Source: Octopus vulgaris (lineage: Eukaryota). Taken from it: a stretch of DNA of 64,000 nt. Within the stretch, counting starts at the first letter, position 1, and the number at the start of each line of letters is the position of its first letter. The notes beneath the pieces are model-generated. The model had not been told where the DNA came from and did no database searches. It was given only the letters and a program-made list of their open reading frames with translations. Position numbers and translations under genes: made by a program. Where the stretch lies: NCBI GenBank assembly GCA_951406725.2, contig OX597814.1, positions 115,072,001-115,136,000 on the forward strand. Reading direction: 5' to 3'. Positions 27,722 to 41,300 of the stretch are shown piece after piece.

Positions 27722-28183
27722 TTCAAATGTTGGTACGAGGCCAGCAATTTCAGGAGAAGGAGGATCGTCAATTACATAGACCCCAGTGCTCAACTAGTAC
27801 TTATTTTATCGACCTCGAAAGAATAAAACGCAAAATCGATCTCGGCGGAATTTCTACTCGGAACATGATGAACCAGAAAAAATACCTATTTCTTTACTAC
27901 CCACAAGAGGCTAAACACAGAGAGAACAAACAAGGACAGACAAACGGATTAAGTCGATTACATTGACATCAGTGCGTAACTGGTACTTAATTTATCCACC
28001 CCGAAGGGATGAAAGGCAAAGTCGACCTCGGCGGAATTTGAACTCAGAACGTAACGGCAGACGAAATACGGCTACGCATTTCGCCCGGCGTGCTAACGTT
28101 TCTGCCAGCTCGCCGCCTGCATGAACCAGAAAAAATACCACTAAGCAGTTCGGCTTGTTAATGATTCTGTCAGCTCTCCGCCT
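27722..28183 (-). mobile_element. SINE family B nested in an older family B copy
   Basis: The inner copy 27887-28120 is flanked by the perfect 19-bp direct repeat ATGAACCAGAAAAAATACC (27868-27886, 28121-28139). Central GCCTTTCATCC.TTCGGG.T.GATAAATTAAGTACC resembles the MetaSINE domain. Confidence 0.9.
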
Positions 28184-28254
28184 TTTTTTCACGAGAAATA
28201 TATTGCAAGATCTATCTGAAGCTAAAATTAGAATTAGAGTTCAAAATTTATCTT

Positions 28255-28965
28255 GTATCTTGTGTTTGTCAGACTGAGGCCACATTAGAGCATCACCTTG
28301 AAGAATTTCAGTCGAACAAATCTATTGCAGTACCTTTTAAGCCTCGTACTTATTTTATCGGTATATTTACGGGACGTAAACACACCAACACTGGTTGCCA
28401 AAAAGTAGTGGGTGGCAAACGCAGACGCAAAATCATTCACTCACTCACACACAGACACACATGCATACATACATGTGTGCGTGTGTGTGTGTGTGTGTGT
28501 GAAGGCGTATGGCTTAGTGGCTAGGGTGCTGCACTCACGATTGCGAGATCGTGGGTTCGATTCCCGGACCGGGCGGTGCGTTGTGTTCTGTAGCAAAGCA
28601 CTTCAATTCACGTTGCTCTGCGATCATTTCGACATGCAACATGTGGCACCCAGCTGCACCTGTACAGGTAATCTTGATTTGATAGAGGAAGTGTCTACAC
28701 AAATAGTTGACACTATAAACAAATCATCTGTGTGGTTGTTCAGTAAGAAATTGTTGAACCCTCATACATCGTCTAACGACAGGAGAGTCCATTATATATA
28801 TACCCGATGAGCTTCTTTCAGTTTTCGCCAACCAAATCCACTCAGAAGGCTTTCGTCGGTCCGAAGTGATAGTAGACATTTGTCCAGGGTGCCATGCAGT
28901 AGGACTGAACCCGGAACCATGTCGTTCGGAAGAAAACTTCTTATCACATGACCATGCCTGTGCCT
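28255..28965 (-). mobile_element. SINE family A interrupted by a + strand tRNA-headed SINE (28500-28790)
   Basis: Family A tail at 28255-28420 and head at 28805-28965. The insert starts GAAGGCGTATGGCTTAGTGG and has B-box GGTTCGATTCC. Confidence 0.75.
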
Positions 28966-30073
28966 GTTAGAAAATAGATTATTGTTAGAACCTAAAATGA
29001 ATTAAAATCTAAACATATTATGAAGCTTGGGTAAATAAACATTAGAGTAAAAAAGGTTTTTGTATGAATGCTTTCATCGAACTTGAAGCAGGAGAAACAC
29101 TTTCTACAAATGAAACTGGTGTCAACAGATTAAATACCTCGCAGTATCTACTATTATTGTTTCAGGTCTCTGAGTTCAAATTACATCAAAGTCGATTTTA
29201 TGTTTCATCACCTTTAGGTCTTTGAAGTATAAATCCAACTCACATAATCTTCAAGACAGGTGTCATATTTTATGCTTCACAATAGAATCGATTATTTCAT
29301 TTCGTTTCTTAACATTCTGAGCGAAGATCTCAAGTGCTATTTCATCTGATATCATTTCATTGATGATATTTTAAATATAAATAAGAGACTAGATCATTTC
29401 ACTCCAAATATTTCCCTTGACTTGTACACTTGTACATGTGACTTGGAGTTCTTGACAAATATTCGCGCATGTACAGTTTTCACTTTGTTTTTGTTTTCTG
29501 AGCTGAAAAGCCATTAACAGCTGATGAAATTAAAAGCCGATGAAATAAGCAACATAAACTTACTAATGTATGGCCACTATACACAGACACAGGATTCATG
29601 GATCATTAAAAGAACAATGTTTATAATAATAATTTTACTGACAGTCATTTATAATAACTTTCATTTGTATCTGGTAAAACAGTTTTTATAGTTTCAAATT
29701 TGTTGCATTCGAGTATGACATCACGTCCTATCCAGTGGTGGATTTAACAAAATCTACACTGCTGCAAGCAATCAGATTAGGCGTCTTGTCTGAGAACTTC
29801 CTCCCTTTTTTGTCGCATGGAGGGATTTACAAAGTTTTATATATATATATATACTTTATTTTAAGCAGCAGAAAATTCTGCTGCTTAAAATAAAGCATAT
29901 TACTCTACCACTGGTATTTGAGTACTCTTTTTTCCACCTTGTTTCACATTTATGTGTTTACTCCGGTATATATATATATATATATATCAGAGGGAAGGAT
30001 TAGATATACAAGGTATTGCAAGGTATATATATATATATCAGAGGGAAGGATTAGATATACAATATATTGAAAA

Positions 30074-30109
<36 letters not shown>

Positions 30110-30554
30110 AAGTTGAAAATGCACTGGGAGTCTTTTGGATGGTTTAATTTTTCTTTTCTGTATTTCTACCCGTAGTAACTTTGTTGCATGTACTGGTCGT
30201 AGGGACTTGCGACTTCAATTGAAGTCTACATAGTTTTGTTTTATATTTTCACATAGGCCTACATAGCTTCGTTTTATATTTTTACATTGAGGTACATTCT
30301 CAGGTAAGAGTCACACACAGCATACTGTACTATATTATTGTACTGGCGTTAGTCAAAAATTTCGGAGTCTCAAGCAGTCGTTTTATAAACAAATAAGAGG
30401 TTGTTTCGATGTCTCCGCGACAGGATAGTCATCCAACACAATGGTAATCGATAACCAAACCCAGGGGAAGCATTTGTTAGCTGACATCATCCGTAGATGG
30501 GTTAATTTCTAAGAAATTAAACCCATTAGGTTTCAACCGGATTATTTATTATTG

Positions 30555-30615
30555 CTGATAATCGTCGTAAAGTCGATCGGTCGTAAGTCGGATAGGTCGT
30601 AAGTCGACGACTTAT
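30555..30615. mobile_element. DNA transposon end (pogo/Tigger-like)
   Basis: Repeated GGTCGTAAGTCG motifs ending GTCGACGACT-TATA next to (TA)n; family inferred. Confidence 0.4.
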
Positions 30616-31705
30616 AAAATATATATATATATATATATAATAAAAATAAGGGCATGCCACTTAATTACGAGAACTTATATTTTCTCAGAGTACTCCGTAA
30701 GGATACCTAGAATGTCTAGGGAAACTTGCATCAGGAAAAGCCATGAATATGATTAAAAGGAAAAGTCTCTGAAAAGATGAGGTCATGGTTGGCAGGCATT
30801 CGACAAAAGTTGTCCCAACTTTTTCAGCTACTCTCTATACACACAATTTTACAGTCCAACGAGTACGCTGTAGATTGTAGCTCAATATCCCACAAATCAT
30901 TTTATAATGCAGTTTTATTATGTCTGAAAATAGCATACGGGATGATGGCGGCTTGAGTACATTTGATCTTATATATGCTAGAGGACAGCTGACCTGATGC
31001 TAAGCAACAACACCAATGATAACAGCAGAAGATTTCTTTAGCTTTCACCTTCTGTTCTTGGACTCGTAGACAGCCCACACCTTGTTTTTATGTAATTATA
31101 TTGTTTACTGCTTTGAAATTGGCAACTTTCACTCAAAAATGATTTTCCGAAAACGAATCTCTTTAAATTATGTTATAATTCGTTTATTTTATCAAATTAT
31201 TAAGTTATATCTTTATTTCATTATTGTCAAATATGCAGAAATATGCCACAAAAAAACCTGTTATTGTCTTCAAACTGAAATTTTCTGTTCTACTGCAATT
31301 GGCTTCTATATTCTGATGCTATGAAGTTTTACATATGTTAAATTTTACACACAGAAAGAAATGGAAATCGATATTTTTATTATTGTAAGCATTATGCGTA
31401 AAATTTGTAATAGCAGAAGTGAAATTGGTTTTCGAAATGCATTGGAAAGCCAGTGACGTAGTTGAAATGGCTTTGATTAGCAATTGACACAGGCTTGCAA
31501 ATATATTTAATCACATCTAGAGAGAAAAGTGCTTTTCTAATTTCAAAAATAATATTGGATTATTGACGCTTTTCAGCTTACTACAACTATTATATGCTAT
31601 TCTGTCGTAATTTGTATTTAGTATGCAGAATTCTCCCTTGAGGTATTTTCTTTTAGCCCTACCGTGTATATTCAACATTAGTAATCAGGCTGTCTCTCTC
31701 TCTGT

Positions 31706-31737
<32 letters not shown>

Positions 31738-31759
31738 ACAGATATACTAAGAATTTACA

Positions 31760-31923
31760 AAAAAAAAACGACAAACAAATGTATTACTTTAACGCTCAGG
31801 ACGTGAGAAAGTCTTTTACATTTCGAGCCTACGCTCTTCGACAAAAAGGAACATAGAAATAAACAGGTAAACAGGGAGAGAAAATAGAAAAAGGTTTAGT
31901 GGTTAGTGATCAATCATGACGAA

Positions 31924-31925
<2 letters not shown>
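31760..31925 (-). mobile_element. Penelope pseudo-LTR fragment with minimal hammerhead variant
   Basis: Minus strand UUGUCGA-AGAGC-GUAG-GCUC-GAAAU-GUA-AAAGAC (31812-31850), the same family as 48365-48402. Confidence 0.7.
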
Positions 31926-31979
<54 letters not shown>

Positions 31980-32771
31980 TTGTTTCTTAGACATGGCAAC
32001 ATAACTGAATAGACTTTAATGACAATTGCTGACGTAGTTTAATACGATCAAAACGTGTTCATAGTTTCCCAAATTAACTTTAAACATAAGATCTATTTGT
32101 TCCTGTATTGTATGAACTTTTCAAGAATTTGGATTAGCCGATATTATTATTGATATTTTTGGATCGTTTTGCTATTTTCTAGATTTTGAACAATTTTTGA
32201 GAGAGTGTTTGTCTTCTCATAGTAAGGATATTCTCATTCAACCGAAAATAGTTTATAGTGTACGTAGATTTAGTACAAGGAATGTTTGTTACTTCAGTAT
32301 CTTTCCCTAGGCTTATAGCTGATATAAAATATCACATGCATGGACAGACCCGAGAAGGAAGAAAAATTGTCATTTTAGTATAAAGTCAAAGGTTTAAAAA
32401 AAACGATAAAACTGACTTAGTATATGTCTGTTACATATTCTATGAAACCTAACGGGAAAAAAGAGCAATTCTGTCTTTTGAAGTATTAATATTAAGAAAC
32501 GAAAACTCCGAAATTCAGTAATGTGAAGGACTTAATTCGACCCTCTTACAGCATCTAACACACGTTGGTCTTGCACTCTCACGTTTCGTGTTTCTACTAC
32601 TAAAGCTAATAAGAAGTTATTTTATTTGCCACAAGAGTATGAAATGATGAGTGACATTATAAGGGTAGTTTTACAATTTGCATAGGTGTTTACATAAACA
32701 GTGACGGAAAGAAAGGGAGGGAAGTGGGAATGAGACGAAAGTATATATAGTATGCAATAATAAGTTAAATC

Positions 32772-32990
32772 TTTTTTACAATAGGCTCAGGGCCTGAAGG
32801 TCTGGGGAAGGGGGCTAGTCGATTACATTGAACCTAGTACTCGGCTGATACTTATTTCATCGACCTTGAAAGGACGATGGGCAAAGTCGACCTCGGCAGG
32901 ACTTCAATTCAGAACGTAAAGAGACGAAATATATTGGCCGCTAAGCATTTTTGTCCGACTCTCTAACAACTCTGGCACCTCGCCACCTTA
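32772..32990 (-). mobile_element. SINE family B, alternative tail
   Basis: Family B head and central domain with an ...AGGCCCTGAGCCTATTGTAAAA tail. Confidence 0.75.
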
Positions 32991-34052
32991 AACAACGACG
33001 ATGTCAGCGGCGACGGCGATGAGGATGATGATGATGATGAATTTTTTTTATTGATTGACATAATGACAACGAGTTGACTGAACATTATCGAGTTTAAAAA
33101 TAAGTGAATGAGCAGTCTGCAAATTCTTGTAGCGTTTCGACACTTGATGCTAATGTATAAGTGATGAAAGAGGTAGGCCAAGTCAACATATAGCACGCTA
33201 TCACTGCTAACCATGTTTTATCAGACATCCCATCTCTCTAACCTCACATTTCCGCTTCAAGTGCGATGCAAGAATGAAGCGGCTGAGATTTATCAATAGT
33301 GAACTATCTGCGTATCGATCAAGCAATCTCTTGAGAAGCGAATGATGAATGGATAATAAATATATCATCCGTTTGTCGTTCCGTTGATAGAAACGGAGAC
33401 GAAGGAGGAAATTGCTTTAGATGTCCTCTCTGGTGTTTAAAGTCATGGGCGAAATTCTGTCAAAGTAGTTATAGAATAATTAAATAACTGCGCTAATTGG
33501 CATTTCTTGTTTGTTCTTGAACAGCACAGAGAGCTAGAATGGTAACTCAATATAGAATCATTTTGTAGCTAACACTCTGAAATAATCAAATTCTAGAGTC
33601 TTAGGTGTATGTAGGCAACATACTTAATCCCTGTTTCTGTAGCATCACACGAACGATAAATCTCTTCCAGGAGAGCGCGTCTGTCTGCAAGAGCAGATAA
33701 CTTATGCAGAATTTTCTAATATGCGTAGGTGGACAAAGCCACTGAGCATGATATATTAGTCAAGCATATTATTACACGTGAGTTGCGGAGAATATTTACG
33801 GCTCATTCTTCCCTTTTATTTTCTGATATGATGACCTAGCTACTTAATATTTGCACATTAAGAAAATATATTACCTCAAGAAGATCGATATGCAGAGATA
33901 ATTTTCGAACCAGTCTTGACGGTGATTTTTTCGTGTAACTGGAGGTGTTTGGTTTCACTTTACGGAAGTATCTTCTTTTAAGTGCTGCGTCACTATAGTA
34001 TGTTTATATGACTTTTCTGTGAGTAAAGGTGATATTATCATTAATAAAAAAA

Positions 34053-34450
34053 AGGCAGCAAGCTGGTATAATCGTTAGCACGCTAGACGAAATGCTTAGA
34101 GGCATTTCCGTCCTTCCTTACGTTCTGAGTTCAAATTCCATCGAGGTCGACTTTGCCTTTCTTCCTTTCGGTGTCAATAAAGTAAGTACCAGTGAAATAC
34201 TGGGGTAGATGTAATCGACTAGTCCCCTCCCCTAAAACTTCAGGTCTTGTGCCTTTAGTAGAAATTATTATCAAAAAGACGGCAAGCTGGCAGAAACGCG
34301 AGGAAAATGCGAGTTCAAATTTCACCGAAGTCCTCTTTCCTTTTCATCCCTTCGGGGTCGATATAATAAGTACCATTTGAGCACTGGGGTCAGTTTAATC
34401 GACTGAACCCCTCTCCCAAACTTGTTGGCTTTGTGTCAAAATTTGAAACC
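34053..34450 (+). mobile_element. Two SINE family B copies with two different non-Tx1 tails
   Basis: Tails ...CAGGTCTTGTGCCTTTAGTAGAAATTATTA (to 34270) and ...GGCTTTGTGTCAAAATTTGAAACC (to 34450). Confidence 0.8.
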
Positions 34451-35504
34451 CAGATTAGTTTACATGTTAGTTATTTAAACTCTAGTCACCTTTTCTCAAT
34501 GTGATTGGAGAAATCACCAACCTTTCAAAGCTTGTTTTCCATCGCTATTTATACACTAGTTCTCTGGATGTTACGAGCTGCGATTTCATCGCGATAAATA
34601 TGATAAATGTCATATTCAACGACTGAAAGTTTCTAAGAAGCCAAACGAGGAGAAAAAAAAGTGAAAATGTTGATCAAATGATATTAGAAAATTCAGTGGA
34701 TTCGTTTTTTTATTTTCTCTAATATGGCACATTTAGGTATTTAAAACATTTACAAAAGATTAACAAAATATAAAGATAATGAATACCAACTTACGATGTA
34801 GTAATAAGTGTTCTCAGATTTGAAACTTAAAATTTACTTCTAAGACAAGACATTACTATTTGAAAGATAATAGTGTGTCGGTTCTACTTGATAATAACCT
34901 TTCAAAGAATTATGAGAAATTATAAGAATTCTTTGATATTAAGCTGGTTTGAAACTAAAGTAAGATATTATATCAATGTGTATTTGGTTCCTTGATTAAA
35001 TCTTATTTCCAAAATAAACAGATACTTCTTAAAATATTTATCTTCAGATTCCCATTATCCAAGGTGTTTGTGAATGTGTGTAAAAGTAAGTTTGTGTGCA
35101 TGTGTCTGTGGCTGTGTGACTTTGTATTTAGCTGCACGTATATATGCGTCAATATTTGTGTATCAGCTGCACGTGTATATGCGTCAATATTTGTGTAGTT
35201 GAGTTTATTTACTTGTGAGGTATGTGAATGTGGTTGTTTGCACATATTGTGTGCTTCCTTGCATTTGTTTCTATATGTATGAGGTTGTATATGTTTGGCG
35301 ATGTAATGTGCAAAGAAGACCACGCCTCGCGTCTAAACAGAAAGTAACATGAAACCCTGCTGTGTCATGCCTCATCATAAAGTTTGTCGTTTAATGTCAC
35401 TACAGAGACACCTATGTCTCCGAAAATCCCTAAACATATCCGAAAAGGCATTTACTTCATTTTCTAGCTCATACTATTATCACCAATTATATTTACATAT
35501 ATAT

Positions 35505-35897
35505 ATGCAGGCGTGGATATGTGGTAAGAAGCTTGCTTCCCAACCACATGGTTCCTTGTGAGAGGATTTGGTAAACGGAAACTGAAGGAAGCCCGTCGTA
35601 TATATATATGTATGTATGTTTGTATGTATATGTATGTGTGTGTATGTGAATATATATATTTGTGTTTGTGTCGGTTTGTCCCTCCGCCATTGCTTGACAA
35701 CCGATGTTGGTGTGTTTATGTCCCTGTAACCTAGTGGTTCGGCAAAAGAGAACGATAGAATAAGTACTAGGCCTTACAAGTCCTGGGGTCGATTAGAATA
35801 AGTACCAGATGAAATATATGTACTAGGGTTCGATTTTTTAAAGTGGTGCTCCAGCATGGCCGCAGTCAAAGGACTGAAACAAATAAAGCAATAAAAG
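35505..35897 (+). mobile_element. SINE family A, internally deleted
   Basis: Aligns by eye to 6505-6932. Confidence 0.85.
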
Positions 35898-35910
35898 AAT
35901 AGATAGATAA

Positions 35911-35944
<34 letters not shown>

Positions 35945-36175
35945 TTCAGGATGGGGAGGGAAACTGGCCCAGTAAGCCTCTTGGCTGGAGTTTTCTGGGT
36001 GTCTAGCTAGTCGGTTAGGCAGAAATAACAAAACAAAAAAGAGACGGTAAATGAATCTTGATTGGAATTACTTTCGGTAAAATAGCAATAAATATAAATC
36101 TATAAGTGCTTTAATAGTGAGAAAAGTGTATACATCAATGTAGCTTGTTAACTCCCAAGAAATCACATGCCAAAA

Positions 36176-36368
36176 CAGGTGGGTAGTGAAATGTTCCTGG
36201 CATTGGGAAAAAGAAAATGCCGGAGAATCAGTTAATTATGATTCTACTCAACATATTCCTCTCTCAGATTCACACATGTATTGCAGCTGTCCTTCAATTT
36301 TTCTAAGCCCTATAAAAGAACTAGGAAAATTGGACCTCCAACCATGCCTTTCGCGAGCACCCTTCGTA
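36176..36368 (-). mobile_element. Mariner-derived MITE, copy 4
   Basis: Homologous to 20203-20423. Confidence 0.8.
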
Positions 36369-36796
36369 TTATATAATAATGAGACACCTATAATCTAATT
36401 TCATTTTCTGTTAAGAATTTATTCATTATTAATTTGGAGAAAAAATCTGCAACATCTCAGTTGGGTAACATATATGATGGCAGTTTTGAAATCGAATATT
36501 TTAAGAGCTTATTTAATCTTTAAAACATCAATTACTCTGACTACGGACATCGCTTCTAGTATAACGTGCGCTAATCATGAACACTGCAGCCTTTATTTAT
36601 CTTTTATTTAATTTTTTTTTTTTTGTATTTCTAAAAAAAATATATTAAGTTGATTTATAAGTTCATGAAAATACTTTTTTTATAAAATGGTTTAAGGCAA
36701 TTTTGATATTGAAATTCAACTCCTTGTTAAATCTCTGATTTCAATGCTAGAAATGAAAACTAGTCTGCCAATAAAATATATCGTGCGATTATATAT

Positions 36797-37042
36797 ATCA
36801 TTGCTATTATGTTAAACAACTGTATGTCCAAATTTGGCCAAATGCGTTCTTTCAATATTTATTTTTGCTTACAATAGGCGTTTACTTCGGTAAAACTGTC
36901 GTATCTCCTGCTGCTTCAGATGCCAAGATATCAAAAATTGTCAAAGTGTAGTACAACGGTTTGGCTATGGAATGGTGAAGCTATATTTTCGTTTTCTGAA
37001 AATGCAACGTTTTAGACTTACGACACTTTTGCATAATAGCAA

Positions 37043-37046
<4 letters not shown>
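36797..37046. mobile_element. ~250-bp TIR MITE, copy 2, in TA context
   Basis: Perfect 15-bp TIR ATCATTGCTATTATG / CATAATAGCAATGAT, with TA runs on both sides. Confidence 0.85.
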
Positions 37047-37100
<54 letters not shown>

Positions 37101-37272
37101 TCTCTATTCTCAGCTCAGAGCTGCGGCCATGCTGATGCACCGCCGTTTATATATATATATATATATATAGTAGCTGGTTTTAAATCTCTGAAGGGGTACA
37201 GTATTAAACAGTAAAGGGGTACAGTATTAACAGTATTAAACAGTAAAGGCTGTTATCACTTTCACATGTATA

Positions 37273-37304
<32 letters not shown>

Positions 37305-37305
<1 letters not shown>

Positions 37306-37543
37306 TCCGGCTGTGTGGTAAGCAGCTTGCTTCCCAGTCACACGGCGTAGTATCTTGGGCAAGTGTCTTCTTCCATAATCTCGGCCCGACCAAAGCCTTG
37401 TGAATGGACTTGATAGACAGAAACTAGAAGTCCGTCGACTACTTATTTTATCGTTCTCTTTGGCTGAACTGCTAAGCTATGGGGATGTAAACACACCAAC
37501 ATCGCTTGTCAAGCAACGATGGTGTTACAAACACAGACACATA

Positions 37544-37593
<50 letters not shown>

Positions 37594-37770
37594 TACATAT
37601 ATATACGACGGGCTTCTTCCAGTTTCCGTCTATCAAATTCATTCCCAAGGTTTTGGTCGACTCGAGGCTATAGTAGAAGACACTTACCCAAGGTTCCACG
37701 CAGTGGGACTGAACCCGGGACCATGTGGTTGGTAAGCAAGCGACTTACCACACAGCCATTCCTGCGCCTA
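37305..37770. mobile_element. Abutting inverted pair of SINE family A (+ head 37305-37437; - copy 37440-37770)
   Basis: 37305-37437 is complementary to about 37605-37760. Confidence 0.8.
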
Positions 37771-38604
37771 TATATATCCATAGACATGCACACAAAAATA
37801 GACATATACACTATGCATATACAAATATATACATAATATATATGTATAAATATGTATGTTTGTGTGTATGCATATATATCATATATTATATATATTGTTA
37901 TTCAAATAAATGCAAATTGTTCTCTATAGAAAAAACAATGGATCGTAAATATTTTTTTCTCTCTGGCTTATATACATAGTCATGATCTCCTAGCTTGTAA
38001 ACTGCATCAACTAGCATAAATCTATTGCAAATTTTTTAGTAATGGAAATCACTTTAACACAGTGTATGTTTAAATTATATTTACTAGGAATTGTCGACAC
38101 TAAAAATACAATTTACAGCACTTTTGTAAGATAACAGATTTAAATATTTGTTAATATTCATAACGTTTCATTTTATATCGATGTAGGGGTTGTATTTGCA
38201 ATTTTACGACGTGCCCAACATTTATAGACTCCATGGTTAAAGCTGGCAAAACAGTAACAATAAATAGTTGTTTATTCGTTTATTTAAAAAAAATTTTATT
38301 TATTTATTTATTTATTTTTTAGCGGTGGGAAAATGTAGAAAAATAGCTGACGTTATCTTTTGCTGAAGCAGCAGATTAAAGACTGAATTTTTAACTAAAA
38401 CATTCTCTGCTGATTGGATGTTCTGTTAATTAGTTAAATGCCCGACAGGAGAGTATTTAAGCGTTGTTGTTTTTCCATCTCCTGAAAATTCATGATTTGT
38501 TTTTGTTGGTGCTCGTGTTGGGGGCATTTCTTTTGTTGGTCACGAATACTGCTGTTAATATTAGTGTGGGGCTGTTAATATTAGTTTTCTGCTGTTAATA
38601 TTAG

Positions 38605-38998
38605 TTTTCTACTCTAGGCACAAGGCCCGAAATTTTGGGGGAGAGAGACAGGCTATTAGATCGACTCCAGTACGCAGCTGGTACTTAATTTATCGACCCC
38701 GAAAAATGAAGGGCAGAGTCGACCTCGGCGGAATTTGAACTCAGAACTAAGCGGCAGACGAAATACCTATTTCTATACTACTCACAAGGGGCTAAACACA
38801 GAGGGGACAAACAAGGACAGACAAACGGATTAAGTCGATTACATCGACACCAGTGCGTAACTGGTACTTAATTTATCGACCCCGAAAGGATGAAAGGCAG
38901 AGTCAACCTTAGCGGAATTTGAACTCAGAACGTGGCGGCAGACGAAATATCGCGAAGCATTTCGCCCGGCGCGCTAACGACTCTACCAGCTCGACGCC
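38605..38998 (-). mobile_element. Dimeric SINE family B (Tx1-tailed unit plus headless unit with alternative tail)
   Basis: Junction GACGAAATACC|TATTTC at 38767/38768. Confidence 0.88.
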
Positions 38999-39523
38999 TT
39001 GATTTCCACTAAACTAATGTCAGTACTACGACTCTCGACATTCAGTAATTGATCACATCATTTTCTCTGTTGTCTTGACATTTCCCGTATGCCTACTGAG
39101 CTACATCAAAGGTGAGAAATGGACTAAGTAGAACCAGGACATTTACTATTCCTGTGTTTAGGTCTGATTGCCGTAGCTGTTCATTGATATTTGCGTAATG
39201 ATGAAATGAAATAAATGTGGATGCCACGTGTGGAGATGACTGTGTCTATGTATTTCTTTCGGTTTAGTTAAGCTGTATATGAATATATGTTAAGAAATAT
39301 AGGCGAAAAAACTCATCCTTGCGGTACATCGTGTGTTTTGTTAAGTTCGCACACTATAAAGAGAAAAAGAAAATTTTCAGCATTGTCTCATCGTCTGAGA
39401 GATTCTGAGAGAGACTAAAAGAAAACATTTTATGAAAATATTTTTGTATATATTTGCCAGTCAAATCCAATCATATTCCGCCGCTCCTCACGAAATACAA
39501 ACAAATAAAAAATCACCAACTTT

Positions 39524-39735
39524 ATTATTTCTTTACTGCCCACAAGGGGCTACACACAGAGAGGACAAACAAGGACAAACAAACGGATTAAGTCGATTAT
39601 ATCGAACTCAGTGCGTAACTGGTACTCATTTAATCGACTCCGAAAGAATGAAAGGCAAAGTCGAACTCGGCGGAATTTGAACTCAGAACGTAGCTTCAGA
39701 CGGAATACTGCTAAGCATTCCGCCCGGCGTGCTAG
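39524..39735 (-). mobile_element. SINE family B, Tx1-type tail
   Basis: CCACAAGGGGCTACACACAGAGAGGACAAAC tail and family B body. Confidence 0.88.
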
Positions 39736-40204
39736 ATACCCCGCCACCCGTTTCATGATATTTATAGACACGAATTATATCTCTACTGTTTCGTACAGAG
39801 AAATTGGTGATCTCAGAAATAATTCAACAGTGATAATTTTGGATTGTTTTAATTGTGTGTTTTATTTATCTTCTTTCTTTCTCTATAAATAGGAAACAGA
39901 GTCGAAAACGTTGCTGATTTAAAAGGCAATGGTGTGTCGAGGGTGTTTTATTGTTGAATCTTGATGGATTAATCATTTATTCATTGTATCAGGTTTGTAA
40001 GTAATGATGTGGTTGAGCATAGAGTTTATTCATGTCATAAATATTTGTCATCCCAATGGAGTTTTGATGATTTCTAACTGCTTTGAACTGATATAAATTG
40101 CTATACGAAACGACAGTGTAAATGTAAACAAATATTGCTGTCAAAATATTGTACAACTTCTATTCATTGTAATAAAGTTATTAACCACCATATTCTCTTT
40201 GCAG

Positions 40205-40317
40205 GCAGGCAACGGGTTGATAATTTTGATAATATCATGCCGTCAAAATCAACACGTGAAAAGCGATCTACGGGGAGACTGAATTTCGGCGAGAAGTCTA
40301 ATGGTGTTGGACGTTCG
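40205..40317 (+). CDS. Probable host-gene exon with start codon (ATG 40237; MPSKSTREKRSTGRLNFGEKSNGVGRS), product unknown
   Basis: Acceptor TATTCTCTTTGCAG (AG 40203-40204), donor TCG|GTGAGT at 40318, ATG preceded by ATC (A at -3), 27 codons ending in phase 0, unique sequence. No further coding exon found in the window. Confidence 0.65.
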
Positions 40318-40692
40318 GTGAGTAAGAATTGTCTTATGGTTATTCACAGACATTATACGCTAATCATTCTTTGATCTGCTTCACCGTTGCCATATTCCGG
40401 TCTCAGTTAAGCTCAATCTCTAAAGAATAACTTATCGATTTTAATTGATCAATAATACAATTATTTAATCATTTTCGTAGTTAACGATTGTTTTCTAACA
40501 ATTGTTCTCAGAATTAAATTGCCTCCACAAGCAATGACTCTTTTTTATATTGGTTTAGAATGCAACAAAGGTTATGATTATGGAATCTCGAAACCGCGCG
40601 CGCGCACACACAGATACAGAGGGGCAATTATGCGGATTAACAAATTAAAAATAACAGCTTGGGTTTGATATACAATGTGTGTGTGTGTGTGC

Positions 40693-40746
<54 letters not shown>

Positions 40747-40998
40747 GCAAATAGAAAGAAAGCAAAGACTGAAGCTTTTCAGACGATGAATATTTAAGGA
40801 TGTATGTATATAAGTATGTATGTATATAAGTGTGTATGGATAGATAGATAAATAGATAGATAATCAAACTTACACAGAGTACAAACGGCAGATAAAATTG
40901 AAGCGGTGGGAATAAGGTGTTAAAGACATCGGAGTCTAAGCTCGAATCATTTGAGTACTGCTGTTTTCTTTACTGAGAATATCTGTATCTCATCTGTT

Positions 40999-41047
<49 letters not shown>

Positions 41048-41070
41048 TATTATATATATATATATATACC

Positions 41071-41300
41071 TATTTATTTATTACCCACAAGGGGCTAAAC
41101 ACAGAAGGGACAAACAAGGACAGACATAGGTATTAAGTCGATTATATCGACCCCAGTGCGTAACTGGTACTTAATTTATCGACCCCGAAATGATGAAAGG
41201 CAAAGTCGACCTCGGCGGAATTTGAACTCACAACGTAACGCAGACGAAATACCGTTAAGCATTTCGCCCGGCGTGCTAACGTTTCTGCCAGCTCGCCGCC

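Noticed and set aside
29521-29555. CTGATGA...GAAA hammerhead core match
   Set aside because: No stems I, II or III can be paired.
30690-30740. Hairpin CCTAG/CTAGG followed by GAAAC (similar weak cases at about 7460 and 41575)
   Set aside because: Cores are too degenerate to call by eye; not counted in the hammerhead tally.
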